From Rickettsiales bacterium (GTDB lineage Bacteria; Pseudomonadota; Alphaproteobacteria; Rickettsiales; UBA1997): 64,000 bases of DNA. Numbering within the stretch: the first letter of the stretch is position 1; the number at the start of each line of letters is the position of its first letter. Shown piece by piece: positions 20,392-29,757 of this stretch. Location: positions 17,204 to 81,203 of the forward strand of contig CANEVP010000003.1 of NCBI GenBank assembly GCA_947442475.1. Reading direction: 5' to 3'. The translations under genes were made by a program, and so were the position numbers. Under the pieces are notes generated by a model that worked only from the letters and a program-made list of their open reading frames with translations, did not search any database and was not told the origin of the DNA.

Positions 20392-21221
20392 TGATCCAAC
20401 TAATCAAAAACATTGTCGCGCCCCAACTTGAATTTGAGGGCGTAGAAAATTTGGAAAAGTTTGTAAAAACTTTCGCCGATCTTTACCGCATCGAACTTTT
20501 TAAAGATGGTTTGGATTTGATTCTGACCAAACTGCAACAACAGCACATCAAGTTTGAAGTTAGAATTACCAAAGGCTGGGACACTAATTTGGGATGCTTT
20601 CTAACCGAGCAAAAAAGTTTTTACGACAAAACTTTAGGCAAAGTTTTACGCAAAACCGCACCAAAAATTATTTTAAGAAATCTCAATCATAACCTGCTGG
20701 CGCATGAAATGGCGCACGCTCTTGAGTTTGAAAGCGGTTTAAATTTGGGCGAAGATTTCAGAAAAGCCATCGGCTTCGACATGAAAGATCGCAACCCGCA
20801 AAGCATCACATTAAAAGCCGAAACCAAGCGCCTTATGGTTGAAGCGCTTAAGGCCTACCCACCACATCAATTTATTTCTGAACTTTTTGCTCGTTATTTT
20901 GAATTGCTCAGCGTTTCGCGAAATGTGCAAGCAACGGGAGACTTTACTACGCTTGAGGTCATGGAGTTTTTTGAAAATACCACCAACTTCATTGAGAAAA
21001 TTTTTAATCCACAAATTAAGACAAAAATTAATCCACAAATTGCCCAGCTAACTTACGAATTGGCTAAACAAATTCGGCTCGAAGCGCCGCAGCAGAAATT
21101 TCAAGAACGCGTAGAATCGATCCAAAGAAAATCCGAAGGCTCGTGGGCGAAAGGCACCAAATCTAATGCCATGTGGCAAGAAGGCTGGAAAAAGTCGCAA
21201 GGAATCGAAGACAAAAAATAA
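20391..21221 (+). CDS. Hypothetical zinc-metallopeptidase-like protein
   Basis: AHEMAH (HEXXH) plus distal SELFA; TAATG overlap with res. Confidence 0.6.
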   Translation: MIQLIKNIVAPQLEFEGVENLEKFVKTFADLYRIELFKDGLDLILTKLQQQHIKFEVRITKGWDTNLGCFLTEQKSFYDKTLGKVLRKTAPKIILRNLNHNLLAHEMAHALEFESGLNLGEDFRKAIGFDMKDRNPQSITLKAETKRLMVEALKAYPPHQFISELFARYFELLSVSRNVQATGDFTTLEVMEFFENTTNFIEKIFNPQIKTKINPQIAQLTYELAKQIRLEAPQQKFQERVESIQRKSEGSWAKGTKSNAMWQEGWKKSQGIEDKK

Positions 21222-21227
21222 TCAAAA

Positions 21228-22193
21228 ATGGCAGTTTACACAAAAACCAGTAAGCAGGACATCGCGCAACATTTGCAAAATTATCAATTGGGAAAATTGA
21301 TTAATTTCAAAGAAATCGTCGAGGGAATTGATAATTCAAATTTCATTTTGGAGACCGAGAAGGGCAAATTTATTTTAACCATTTTCGAGTCACGAATTGA
21401 TAAAAATGCTTTGCCATTTTTCATAAATTTAAAACTGCATTTGGCAGAAAATGGTGTTTGCTGTCCGCGCCCGATCCTTGATAATTCTGGCTCTGCAATA
21501 GTTGATCTAAATGGCAAAAAATCAGTAATTGTCACTTTTTTAAGTGGCGCAACTTTGAAAACTCGCAGCGACGGATATTACGATAATATCGCGCCAAATC
21601 ACTGTTTTGAAGTAGGAAAAAACTTAGCAAAATTGCATCAAGCCGCTGCAGATTTTAAAATGTCGCGTCCCAATGAATTAGGAATTAAGGGCTGGAAAGC
21701 CTTGTTTTCTAAATTTGAAGACCAAGTTGAAAATTATCAGAAAGATTTGCGCGCTGAAGTTTCAGAGAATTTAAATTTTTTAGAAAGCGCGTGGAGCCAT
21801 AATTTGCCAAGCGCTGCTAGCCATCTCGATCTATTTCCTGACAATGTTTTTTTTGACGAAAATTCAAAATTAAGCGGTGTCATTGATTTTTATTTTGCTG
21901 CCACCGACGCTCTAGTTTACGACTTCGCAATCATTGTAAATGCTTGGTGCTTTGATGAGAAAAATAATTTCTCCAAAGAAAAATTTGCCGAGATGTTGCG
22001 CGGCTACGAAGAGGTTAGAGAATTTTCTGAAGCAGAAAAAAACTTCCTAAAAATCGCTTTAATTGGAGCTGCAATGCGCTTTTTATTGACGCGCCTCAAT
22101 GACATGTTTTTCACACCAAAAGATGCTTTGGTTAAAGTTAAAAACCCGCAAGAATATTTGGATAAATTACGTTTTTTTAAGAAAAAATTATGA
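21228..22193 (+). CDS. thrB: Homoserine kinase (APH-type)
   Basis: MAVYT, EGIDNSNF, HLDLFPDNVFF, IDFYFA, RFLLTRL. Confidence 0.93.
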   Translation: MAVYTKTSKQDIAQHLQNYQLGKLINFKEIVEGIDNSNFILETEKGKFILTIFESRIDKNALPFFINLKLHLAENGVCCPRPILDNSGSAIVDLNGKKSVIVTFLSGATLKTRSDGYYDNIAPNHCFEVGKNLAKLHQAAADFKMSRPNELGIKGWKALFSKFEDQVENYQKDLRAEVSENLNFLESAWSHNLPSAASHLDLFPDNVFFDENSKLSGVIDFYFAATDALVYDFAIIVNAWCFDEKNNFSKEKFAEMLRGYEEVREFSEAEKNFLKIALIGAAMRFLLTRLNDMFFTPKDALVKVKNPQEYLDKLRFFKKKL

Positions 22194-22882
22194 GCATAAA
22201 ATTTCATTTTTTTGGCAAAGACTGCGTCATTGATCGCGCCCTTGCCGAGCGCTCTGGCCTTGAGTTGGGGCTAGTTAGAAAAAACATCACCGCCTCAAAT
22301 ATTTTGCTGCTAAATCAAGTTCACGGCAGCGAAGTTGCGGTAATTGACTTAGCAGCAAAAATTTATGGCAACCAAGATTTGCCCAAGGCTGACGCTATTG
22401 TAACCAATTTACCCAATATTGTAATCGGGCTTTTTACCGCCGATTGCGCGCCAATTTTATTTTTTGACGAAGAAAAAAATATTGTCGCAGCAGCACATGC
22501 CGGATGGCGTGGAGCCAAGCTAGGCGTGATTAAATCTGTTGTGGACGCCATGCAAAAATTGGGCGCTAAAAATATCAGCGCTAAAATCGGACCAATGATT
22601 CAGCAAGATTCTTACGAGATTTCGCAAGAATTTTTAGATGAGTTTTTGAGTGAAGATGCGAGTAATGAAAGTTTTTTCGCAAATGGCGCGCATGCAGATA
22701 AATACTTGTTTAATCTACCAAAATACATCGAAAAAAAACTGAGAGAATCTGGAGTAAAAAAGATCGAAAATTTAGAAGTCGATACTTACAAAAATGAGAA
22801 GGATTTTTTTAGCTTCAGAAGAAGCGCACATAGAGGTGAAAAAGATTGCGGCCGCAATCTGTCAGTAATCGCAATAAACTAA
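22190..22882 (+). CDS. pgeF: Peptidoglycan editing factor / YfiH-like protein
   Basis: QVHG, TADCAPI, AHAGWRG, FFSFRR. Confidence 0.92.
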   Translation: MSIKFHFFGKDCVIDRALAERSGLELGLVRKNITASNILLLNQVHGSEVAVIDLAAKIYGNQDLPKADAIVTNLPNIVIGLFTADCAPILFFDEEKNIVAAAHAGWRGAKLGVIKSVVDAMQKLGAKNISAKIGPMIQQDSYEISQEFLDEFLSEDASNESFFANGAHADKYLFNLPKYIEKKLRESGVKKIENLEVDTYKNEKDFFSFRRSAHRGEKDCGRNLSVIAIN

Positions 22883-22889
22883 AAATAAG

Positions 22890-22965
22890 TGGTGCCTGAA
22901 GCCGGAATCGAACCAGCGACACAAGGATTTTCAGTCCTTTGCTCTACCAACTGAGCTATTCAGGC
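22890..22965 (-). tRNA. tRNA-Phe(GAA)
   Basis: Cloverleaf on the minus strand, anticodon arm GGACTGAAAATCC, 3' CCA. Confidence 0.97.
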
Positions 22966-23055
22966 ACTTAAGTAATTACATATACTAGGAAGAGCGGTGC
23001 ACGGTAAGAACGAGCTTTTATTTTGCAAGCTCCCCTAGAAATCTAAATAAAATTT

Positions 23056-23169
23056 ATGGAAAATCTTACAGACTATTCAAATTATGTTATTGTTGCTTAC
23101 ATAGCTGCTGGCCTTGTTTTAAGCGCTCTTGCAGCATTTATTGTGACTAAATTTTTTGCCGCAAAATGA
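23056..23169 (+). CDS. ccmD: CcmD-like heme exporter small membrane protein (not in the ORF track)
   Basis: MENLTDYSNYVIVAYIAAGLVLSALAAFIVTKFFAAK*, single TM segment, ATGA overlap with ccmE. Confidence 0.7.
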   Translation: MENLTDYSNYVIVAYIAAGLVLSALAAFIVTKFFAAK

Positions 23170-23597
23170 AAAATCAGCGTAAAAAAAAGAGGATGATTTT
23201 TGTTGGATCAGTCTTTGCCATTTCGGCACTGGCCTTGTTTTTTGTGATTACAAATTTTCGCGACAACATGGTTTTTTTCTACGCCCCCAGCGAGTTGTTC
23301 AAAACTGAAACTTTAGATAAAGTGCAAAATCATCAGATCCGCGTTGGCGGTTTAGTTGCAGAAAATAGTGTGAAAAAAATTGATGCGCTAACCACAGAAT
23401 TCGTAATTACCGATCTGGCGCAAGAGTTAAAAATTCAATATGTTGGAATTTTGCCAGATCTATTTAGAGAAAAGCAGGGCGTGGTTGCAAAGGGTAAATT
23501 TGATGCCAAGAAAAATGAATTTTTCTCGAAAGAATTGTTAGTAAAGCATGACGAAAAATACATGCCGCCAGAGGTGGCAAAATCTTTGAAGAAATAA
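23166..23597 (+). CDS. ccmE: Cytochrome c maturation heme chaperone
   Basis: IRVGGLV, LPDLFRE, KHDEKYMPPEV. Confidence 0.96.
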   Translation: MKNQRKKKRMIFVGSVFAISALALFFVITNFRDNMVFFYAPSELFKTETLDKVQNHQIRVGGLVAENSVKKIDALTTEFVITDLAQELKIQYVGILPDLFREKQGVVAKGKFDAKKNEFFSKELLVKHDEKYMPPEVAKSLKK

Positions 23598-23599
23598 GT

Positions 23600-24316
23600 T
23601 TAAACAGAAAGTTCAGCACTTCTTTTTTCAATCACCTCTTCCAACTTCGCTGAAAATTCCTGCTTCGATAATCCAGGTTCAATTGGATCTAAAAATTCTA
23701 AAATAATTTTTCCGGGCTTTTTTGAAATTCCCTTCTTCGGCCAAAAAACTCCTGAATTTAAAGCCGCCGGCACAACTTTCGCGCCGCAAGCAAGATACAA
23801 AGCTGTGACGCCTGCCTGATAAGGATACTGGCTGCTAGGAGCTCCAACAGGAACCCGCGTGCCTTGCGGAAAAAGAATGATCGTTTGGTTATTCGCTAAA
23901 TATTTTTTGGTTTGTTTAATCAGATCTTTTAGGGCGCTCATGCCGCCATCGCGATCAACGGTAATTCCACTCATCACTCGCAAATACCATCCATAAAATG
24001 GAATTTTCAGAAGCTCTTTTTTAAAGGCGTAGACGGGGCGACGAAAAACCAAATGCATCACAATCGTTTCCCACATTGATTGATGCTTGCAAGCGATGAT
24101 AAAAGCTTCTTTTGGCAACTTTTCTAGACCAACAAATTCACATTCAATTTTACAAAGTTTTTTCAAAACCCAAAGACCCACAAAAGCCCAAACTTTAGCA
24201 CCGTGATCAGCCAATTTAGAATTTTTTAGAACAAAAGCGGGAGAATAAATAATCGGAATGACCGCGCCCCAAATATTGATGAATAACCAAAACAAAAATG
24301 ATCGGATAAAATTCAT
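23600..24316 (-). CDS. plsC: 1-acyl-sn-glycerol-3-phosphate acyltransferase
   Basis: KHQSMWET, FPQGTR, VVPAALNSG. Confidence 0.9.
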   Translation of the reverse strand: MNFIRSFLFWLFINIWGAVIPIIYSPAFVLKNSKLADHGAKVWAFVGLWVLKKLCKIECEFVGLEKLPKEAFIIACKHQSMWETIVMHLVFRRPVYAFKKELLKIPFYGWYLRVMSGITVDRDGGMSALKDLIKQTKKYLANNQTIILFPQGTRVPVGAPSSQYPYQAGVTALYLACGAKVVPAALNSGVFWPKKGISKKPGKIILEFLDPIEPGLSKQEFSAKLEEVIEKRSAELSV

Positions 24317-24350
24317 AAGCAGTGGTGGAAATTAGATGGGGAAGGAGAGG

Positions 24351-24399
24351 GAGATGGTGCCGAATGTCGGATTTGAACTGACGACCTACTGTTTACAAG
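24351..24399 (-). repeat. att site: duplicated 3' half of tRNA-Thr
   Basis: GAGATGGTGCCGAATGTCGGATTTGAACTGACGACCTACTGTTTACAAG, identical to 32665-32713. Confidence 0.95.
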
Positions 24400-24515
24400 T
24401 CTGATTTTTCAAACAAAAGGCAACGCATCAAAAATGATGGCAACAATAGAATCAAGGCTTTTGATGATTTTATTTGTTGGGGGTTATTTTGGTTTTTTGC
24501 TGAAATTTGCGGGCA

Positions 24516-24535
24516 AGTGTCCCGCCAGTGTCCCA
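24516..24535 (+). repeat. Putative integrase arm-type site
   Basis: AGTGTCCCGCCAGTGTCCCA, identical at 32601-32620; inverted related pair TGGGACACTTAAGGGACA at 32457-32474. Confidence 0.75.
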
Positions 24536-24545
24536 CAAAAATTGG

Positions 24546-25691
24546 TTATTTTTCGAGCAAATTTAAGTAGGCATCAAAGCGGAAAAGTTTGTTTCTCTTC
24601 TGCTCTGTGTGCAATTTTAAAACACCAACTTTTACTAATTTTTGAATTACTGAATTTGCAACGTTGTAGCTAATCTCCAATTCATTCTTGAGCTCATTAA
24701 CGCTGATGACAGGAAATTTAAATAAAACCGACAATGTCTTAACCGCCCGCTCTTTTGGTAGGCTAAAATTCTTGGAATTAGTCATTTCGTCACTTAGCTG
24801 CTTCTCAAGTTTTTCAATCTCTTTTGATTTAGAATAAGTATCAATTGCACTTTCCGTTATCGCCTTGAGATAATAAGCAATCCATCCTTCGAAATCCCCT
24901 TCTGTTCTTACTGCGTCAAGCTTTTGATAATATTGGGCATGGTGATTTTTAAAGTAGGTTGATGGATAAAGGATGGGCACATTAATTACCCCACCTTCAA
25001 CCAACATCAAAACAATCAATAACCTTCCAATTCTACCATTGCCATCCAAAAACGGATGAATGGTTTCAAACTGCACATGCATCAATCCAGCCTTTATGAG
25101 AATGGGCAAAGAGTTGTCGTTATTGATAAACTTTTCTAAATCAGCGATTAGCTCCTCGACCTTATTTGCTGGTGGTGGCGTCAATCCCCCAACTCTTACT
25201 TGTTGTTTTCGATAGCGACCCGGATTTGCTTTGTCACCATCGCCCCCGCTCATCAAAACTTTGTGAGCCTCTAGAATCACTCTTGAAACAATCGGAAAAT
25301 TTTGTTTTTGAGTCATGTCCAAAGCCACATCTAGGGCTTTGTTATAGTTTAAAACTAATTGAGTTTGTTTGTTGGTTTTTGCTTGAATAGCCGCCGAAAC
25401 CTCGCGCGTAAAAACATCGATTAACGTGGTGTGAATGCCTTCGATTGCAGAAGATAAAATGGCCTCTTTTAGGCAGTAGGCCTTGATAAATCTTTCAATG
25501 TTTGGCAAACGTCCAGCCATTTCATTTAGCTGTCCTAGTGCATGCATCGCTTTACCATATAAATCAATCAATTCGCCATTGAAGTCAAAAGGCGGATTGT
25601 GCGGAGGCAAAGGATTCGGTGTAAAAAACTCTAACTCTCCAAGTTTTTGATAATTGCCCGTTTGTCTTTTTTCTTTAGATTCCTGAATCAT
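24546..25691 (-). CDS. Fic-family protein with N-terminal inhibitory motif and C-terminal HTH
   Basis: HPFLDGNGRIGR catalytic motif; SSAIEG inhibitory motif. Confidence 0.93.
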   Translation of the reverse strand: MIQESKEKRQTGNYQKLGELEFFTPNPLPPHNPPFDFNGELIDLYGKAMHALGQLNEMAGRLPNIERFIKAYCLKEAILSSAIEGIHTTLIDVFTREVSAAIQAKTNKQTQLVLNYNKALDVALDMTQKQNFPIVSRVILEAHKVLMSGGDGDKANPGRYRKQQVRVGGLTPPPANKVEELIADLEKFINNDNSLPILIKAGLMHVQFETIHPFLDGNGRIGRLLIVLMLVEGGVINVPILYPSTYFKNHHAQYYQKLDAVRTEGDFEGWIAYYLKAITESAIDTYSKSKEIEKLEKQLSDEMTNSKNFSLPKERAVKTLSVLFKFPVISVNELKNELEISYNVANSVIQKLVKVGVLKLHTEQKRNKLFRFDAYLNLLEK

Positions 25692-25859
25692 TTGAAATTT
25701 GTTTGAGGGTTTGGATGGGCCAAGAAAGTTATTTCTGTTTTGCTCAAAAAGATTAAATAAAGCTTAATTTTATTGTCCTTATTTCTTTTTAGAGACTCAA
25801 TTAGAAATAAACGCAATTTATTGAACCGCTATTTCGATTTTGACAGAAAAATTGATAGG

Positions 25860-26120
25860 TTAATTTTTGATTGAAAGTTTTACCCCAACCCAAGCCTCAT
25901 CATTAATAAACTTTATCCCCGCATCTTCAAAAGCATTTCTGATGTCTCTCAATGTTCTAACCGCCGGCTCTCTCGCCCCTCTTTCAAAATCTGCGATGGT
26001 TGATTCACCAATTGAAGACTTCTCACTCAAATCGCTTTGTTTCCATCCAAGCAAGTCTCTGGCGGCTTTGCATTGGTTTGGCTGAATAGGTTGAGATTTA
26101 TTTGATTTGACGATTGACAT
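25860..26120 (-). CDS. XRE-family HTH regulator
   Basis: QCKAARDLLGWKQSDLSEKSSIGESTIADFERG. Confidence 0.88.
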   Translation of the reverse strand: MSIVKSNKSQPIQPNQCKAARDLLGWKQSDLSEKSSIGESTIADFERGAREPAVRTLRDIRNAFEDAGIKFINDEAWVGVKLSIKN

Positions 26121-26219
26121 ACTGGCTTTATCTACTAAATCATAGTTAATATATTATTCCCTAGATATGCTAGAGAAAGAGATTTTAAACAGTCCATCAA
26201 TCAAAATCTATCACAAACT

Positions 26220-26411
26220 ATGGCAAGCAGCAGAGTTGAATTTTTATTCTTAAAAACATCCATCGAACAATTCATTCGAGATTTAGAAAAGTTTGGCAAG
26301 GCGATGGAAAGTAGAGAATTTTCGCAAGATGAAGTGCTTGAAATTATGGGATATTTTGTTGCGGTGAAAGAAAATATTGAAGGGCTGGAGGCTAGATATT
26401 CAAGGCTTTAG
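26220..26411 (+). CDS. Small hypothetical protein
   Basis: 63-aa ATG ORF divergent from the XRE gene. Confidence 0.5.
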   Translation: MASSRVEFLFLKTSIEQFIRDLEKFGKAMESREFSQDEVLEIMGYFVAVKENIEGLEARYSRL

Positions 26412-26464
26412 CTAGTTTCTTCACAAGTACACGCGCGCGCGGAATGGTCACTAATTCCAAAAAT

Positions 26465-26578
26465 GTTAGGTTTTGCTAGGTTTTAAATATGAGGTTTTGT
26501 GAGGTTTTTGTTTTAGCCAAAATGTCAGGTTTTGTCAGGTTCTCAATTTTTTAAATCACGTCCAAAACATTAGGTTTA
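26465..26578 (+). repeat. Cluster of tandem decamers with core AGGTT(TT)
   Basis: GTTAGGTTTT-GCTAGGTTTT, ATGAGGTTTT-GTGAGGTTTT, GTCAGGTTTT-GTCAGGTTCT, ATTAGGTTTA. Confidence 0.7.
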
Positions 26579-26686
26579 TTGAATGTTCCAAATGTTTAAA
26601 TTTTCAAACCAAAACAACATCTTTTGTTAGCACCAGCTCTTTCAAATAGAGGATTAACAAAGGTCACAACTTCCAACCATCAATCA

Positions 26687-26896
26687 ATGCTTAACAAACA
26701 AAAATCATCCAGAAAAACAATCGGCCGACCAACAATCATGACTCCAAAAACTATCTCCGAATTGGAGTATTGTTTTGCGGCTGGTTTTAGCGACTTAGAA
26801 GCTTGCGCTGAGGTTAATATCAGCAAATCGACATTGTATAATTTTCAAAACTCTAATCCTAGTTTTGCGAAGAGAAAAGTGATGTTAAAAAGCTGA
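26687..26896 (+). CDS. Terminase-small-subunit-like HTH protein, possibly truncated
   Basis: GRPTIMTPKTISELEYCFAAGFSDLEACAEVNISKSTLYNF resembles the TerS N-terminal GRP-T/HTH pattern; ATG at 26687. Confidence 0.55.
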   Translation: MLNKQKSSRKTIGRPTIMTPKTISELEYCFAAGFSDLEACAEVNISKSTLYNFQNSNPSFAKRKVMLKS

Positions 26897-26923
26897 GCAA
26901 AGCCACGACTTTTTAGCTAACAA

Positions 26924-27067
26924 CTAGGCAAAAAGCTGTACAATCTCAACCTTCAAAGCTTTGGCGATTTTCTCGATGTTGACGATGGTAATGTTTGCTT
27001 CTCCCCTCTCGATGCAGCCAATGTAAGTTCTGTGTAAATTACGCTCAAACGCAAAACCTTCTTGTGA
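26924..27067 (-). pseudogene. Remnant of an XRE/C-protein-like HTH gene
   Basis: SQEGFAFERNLHRTYIGCIERGEANITIVNIEKIAKALKVEIVQLFA* is preceded by an in-frame TAA and has no start codon. Confidence 0.75.
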
Positions 27068-27172
27068 TTAAACGCTCTCAGCTCTTAGCTTATTTGTTGA
27101 TAAATAAATAATGATTACACTCCTTGAATGGCAACCCTCGCCTCTTATTAGCAACAAAGATTACAAACCACT

Positions 27173-27847
27173 ATGAGTCTTATTATGATATTGGGAAAGA
27201 TTTTAGCAGCCATGCTCTGTATGTGCACAATATTATCCATGCTCTGGGTTCTAACTATATCATTTTTTAAAAAGGGAGATAGCGGCACAATTATAGATTT
27301 TTTTCACGGACCCTTTCCAGAATCCCCAAAGGAAAGGATTCTCTGTGGCCTTATCATCTTGGCTGCCATAGGATTCTGCGTATCCCTTTTCCAAGGGATT
27401 GAATCTTTATTGTTCTGGATCCCAGATTATTTCAGGACTGGAGATGGCGAAGAAACTTTAAGAGAAAACCTCTCCTACCTAATATCTGGAACCATGTTTA
27501 TCTTCGCTATGGGTGCCTTTGTAGTTTTTATTAGCTCAACCTTTGCAAACAGGCCACTTCTGATTAAAGTTGAAGAATTGGAAAGAATTCTGAAATTTTC
27601 TGATAGTAAAAAGGCACTAACCAGCATGAAAAATGAATACGAAAATAAAATAAAATGCCTAACGGAGCTATCCGACGACACCCTTAAATACAGAAAATCT
27701 CGACAAATTTCTATTGAAGGGCCTCGGTCTTATGAACAATACACCGAACTCTCTAAGCCAACCCTCTCTCTATTAATTGCAGCATACCAAGAGCTCATCT
27801 GGCATACAGAGCAGGTCCTAAATAAACTTGAAAAACCATCCGTCTAA
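27173..27847 (+). CDS. Hypothetical membrane protein (about 3 TM segments plus C-terminal coiled coil), element cargo
   Basis: Three hydrophobic segments followed by a charged helical tail. Confidence 0.7.
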   Translation: MSLIMILGKILAAMLCMCTILSMLWVLTISFFKKGDSGTIIDFFHGPFPESPKERILCGLIILAAIGFCVSLFQGIESLLFWIPDYFRTGDGEETLRENLSYLISGTMFIFAMGAFVVFISSTFANRPLLIKVEELERILKFSDSKKALTSMKNEYENKIKCLTELSDDTLKYRKSRQISIEGPRSYEQYTELSKPTLSLLIAAYQELIWHTEQVLNKLEKPSV

Positions 27848-27906
27848 AAATGTTTCACCGTTTCGATCCCTAAGAAATGGAACGGTGAAACACTAAGAAA
27901 ATTACC

Positions 27907-28890
27907 CTAGTTTTTAACCTCTCTGCTCTTCTTCAAAAGTCGATTAACCGAAGAAAGGCTAATGCCTGTCTCGTTTGCGATGTCTCTTTGACTCAAGCCA
28001 TCACTCGACAACTTAACCACCCTCTCAAGCTCTAAATCTTCAATCTTAGAAACCTGCCAGTTTGCTTTGTCATCATTCAACTCAAGCCTAACCTCAAAAG
28101 CCTCAGCCTCTTCACCAGCAAAGCCGCGCGATTTCTCAAAATGAATTTCAAACCTCGCGCCTTGCTTGCTGTCGTAGTCGGATGGATGTTTTAGATTTAT
28201 CACTGTGTCCAAAATATCCTCCTTCTTTGACGTGCCGCGTTGCTCGTTATTTTTACCAGCGTGGTGAATGAAGATGATTGATTTTCCAATTGAGCGAAGT
28301 CGCAAAGCCCAGTTGGCTATTGGATCCCAACTTGCAGCTTCGTTTTCTTTGCCGTGGCTGGTGAGGGTTGAGAGATTATCGACAATGATGACATCAGCAT
28401 TTTCAATGTGAGGTTCCAAAGCCGCTTGCCCTTCATCCGTTGCCAGATTTGGCATCATGCCATTGGATTGCGCATCGCGAGTGATGATTGAAAGATTATT
28501 GTTTTCGACCGAATCAACCATCAAAGTTTTAAGCCTTTCTTGCATTGCATTTGCGGGCATTTCGCCATCGATGTAGAGAACTCGCCATTGCTTGCCAATC
28601 TTCCACTTATCACCAAACAAACTTGCGCCACTGGCGATTTTGCAGGCTAAGAACAAAGCGAAGTAAGTTTTACCAACTCCTCTTTTTGCATAAATCATCA
28701 CCAAACCCTGCTTTGGTAAGCAGGGCTGGATGATAAACTCTCTTGGCGGCAATTTCTTTGACAGAAAGTCGTTGATGCCGATGGCGATTAGTTTGGGCTT
28801 GCGAAATTCATCGATGGTGACGCCCAATCTTTCCACCTCTTCGGCTTCGGCAATGTGTTCATCAAGAGTTTGCGGAAGTTTTCTAGTCAT
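27907..28890 (-). CDS. AAA_25/RepA-like replicative helicase with C-terminal HTH
   Basis: Walker A AKRGVGKT, VLYIDGEM, IVDNLS, HHAGK, RGTSKKED; likely start MTRKLP at 28890. Confidence 0.85.
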   Translation of the reverse strand: MTRKLPQTLDEHIAEAEEVERLGVTIDEFRKPKLIAIGINDFLSKKLPPREFIIQPCLPKQGLVMIYAKRGVGKTYFALFLACKIASGASLFGDKWKIGKQWRVLYIDGEMPANAMQERLKTLMVDSVENNNLSIITRDAQSNGMMPNLATDEGQAALEPHIENADVIIVDNLSTLTSHGKENEAASWDPIANWALRLRSIGKSIIFIHHAGKNNEQRGTSKKEDILDTVINLKHPSDYDSKQGARFEIHFEKSRGFAGEEAEAFEVRLELNDDKANWQVSKIEDLELERVVKLSSDGLSQRDIANETGISLSSVNRLLKKSREVKN

Positions 28891-29248
28891 GCGCAACACC
28901 TCCCTCAATTCCATCCCCCAACAACTCAACTTGGTCGCGAAGCACATACTTGCCATGCCATCCGCCAACATGAAGCTCTCTGTTGGTGATGATATCTAAA
29001 TTATGCCCGCCAGCTAAACCATCTCGCCGCAAAGCTCGGATGTATTCACTGAGCCTCAGCGCAAAAGTTTTGGCTATTTCTAAGGCATTGCAACCAGCCT
29101 CTTTATGCTCAACTAAGCATTTGAGAGTCTTTGCTTTTTGTCCACGTAATCGAAAAACAATTTCTTGGTTGTTTTTGATTAGCTTGAAATCGGCGATTTG
29201 GGTTTCTGGTTTTTGGTTGCCAATAAATTGGCTAGATTTTATGTTCAT
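28883..29248 (-). CDS. Winged-HTH DNA-binding protein of the element
   Basis: LEIAKTFALRLSEYIRALRRDG...HGKYVL; likely start MNIKSS at 29248. Confidence 0.6.
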   Translation of the reverse strand: MNIKSSQFIGNQKPETQIADFKLIKNNQEIVFRLRGQKAKTLKCLVEHKEAGCNALEIAKTFALRLSEYIRALRRDGLAGGHNLDIITNRELHVGGWHGKYVLRDQVELLGDGIEGGVAHD

Positions 29249-29351
29249 GGCTACTCCATTGAATTTATTGAGATGCGAGTTTTTAGAGCCTGTAATCACA
29301 CAAGTTTTGCCGACCGAGTGATTGCAGGTTTTTTCATTTTGACGACTGCTA

Positions 29352-29561
29352 TTAGGCATGATTATTGCCCTCCATCCACTCGAAGAACCTTTCTTCCAAG
29401 ATGTAGATTTTTCTTCCCACCTTGCGGATGCATTTTGCAAATCCGTTTTGGCTTCCAAAAAATATCCAAGAACGCACCGCGCCCTCGCTAAGATTTTGCC
29501 TCTCACAAAACACTTTTACTGAAAAGTATTTTGGACAGGACTCGATGTTTTGAGTTGTCAT
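29352..29561 (-). CDS. AlpA/excisionase-like DNA-binding protein
   Basis: 69 aa, SEGAVRSWIF..NGF..CIRKVGRKIYI..F.EWM. Confidence 0.75.
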   Translation of the reverse strand: MTTQNIESCPKYFSVKVFCERQNLSEGAVRSWIFFGSQNGFAKCIRKVGRKIYILEERFFEWMEGNNHA

Positions 29562-29757
29562 GATTTAAGTTTTTTGTTTGATAGACGAAGACAAATTGCA
29601 AAAGCGCAAAATGCATGAGCATCGTAGACAGCAGAGGGCGATAAGGGCAATTCAATCAATCATAACAGCACAAAATAGCGTTATGATTTTGTGTTATGAT
29701 TTTTGAGTGTTGATTTTATTGGCTTGAGAAAAATCAAAACGGAGGCGTTGCAAAATG

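Noticed and set aside
24351..24399. Second tRNA-Thr gene
   Set aside because: Only the 3' half is present; it is the att duplication
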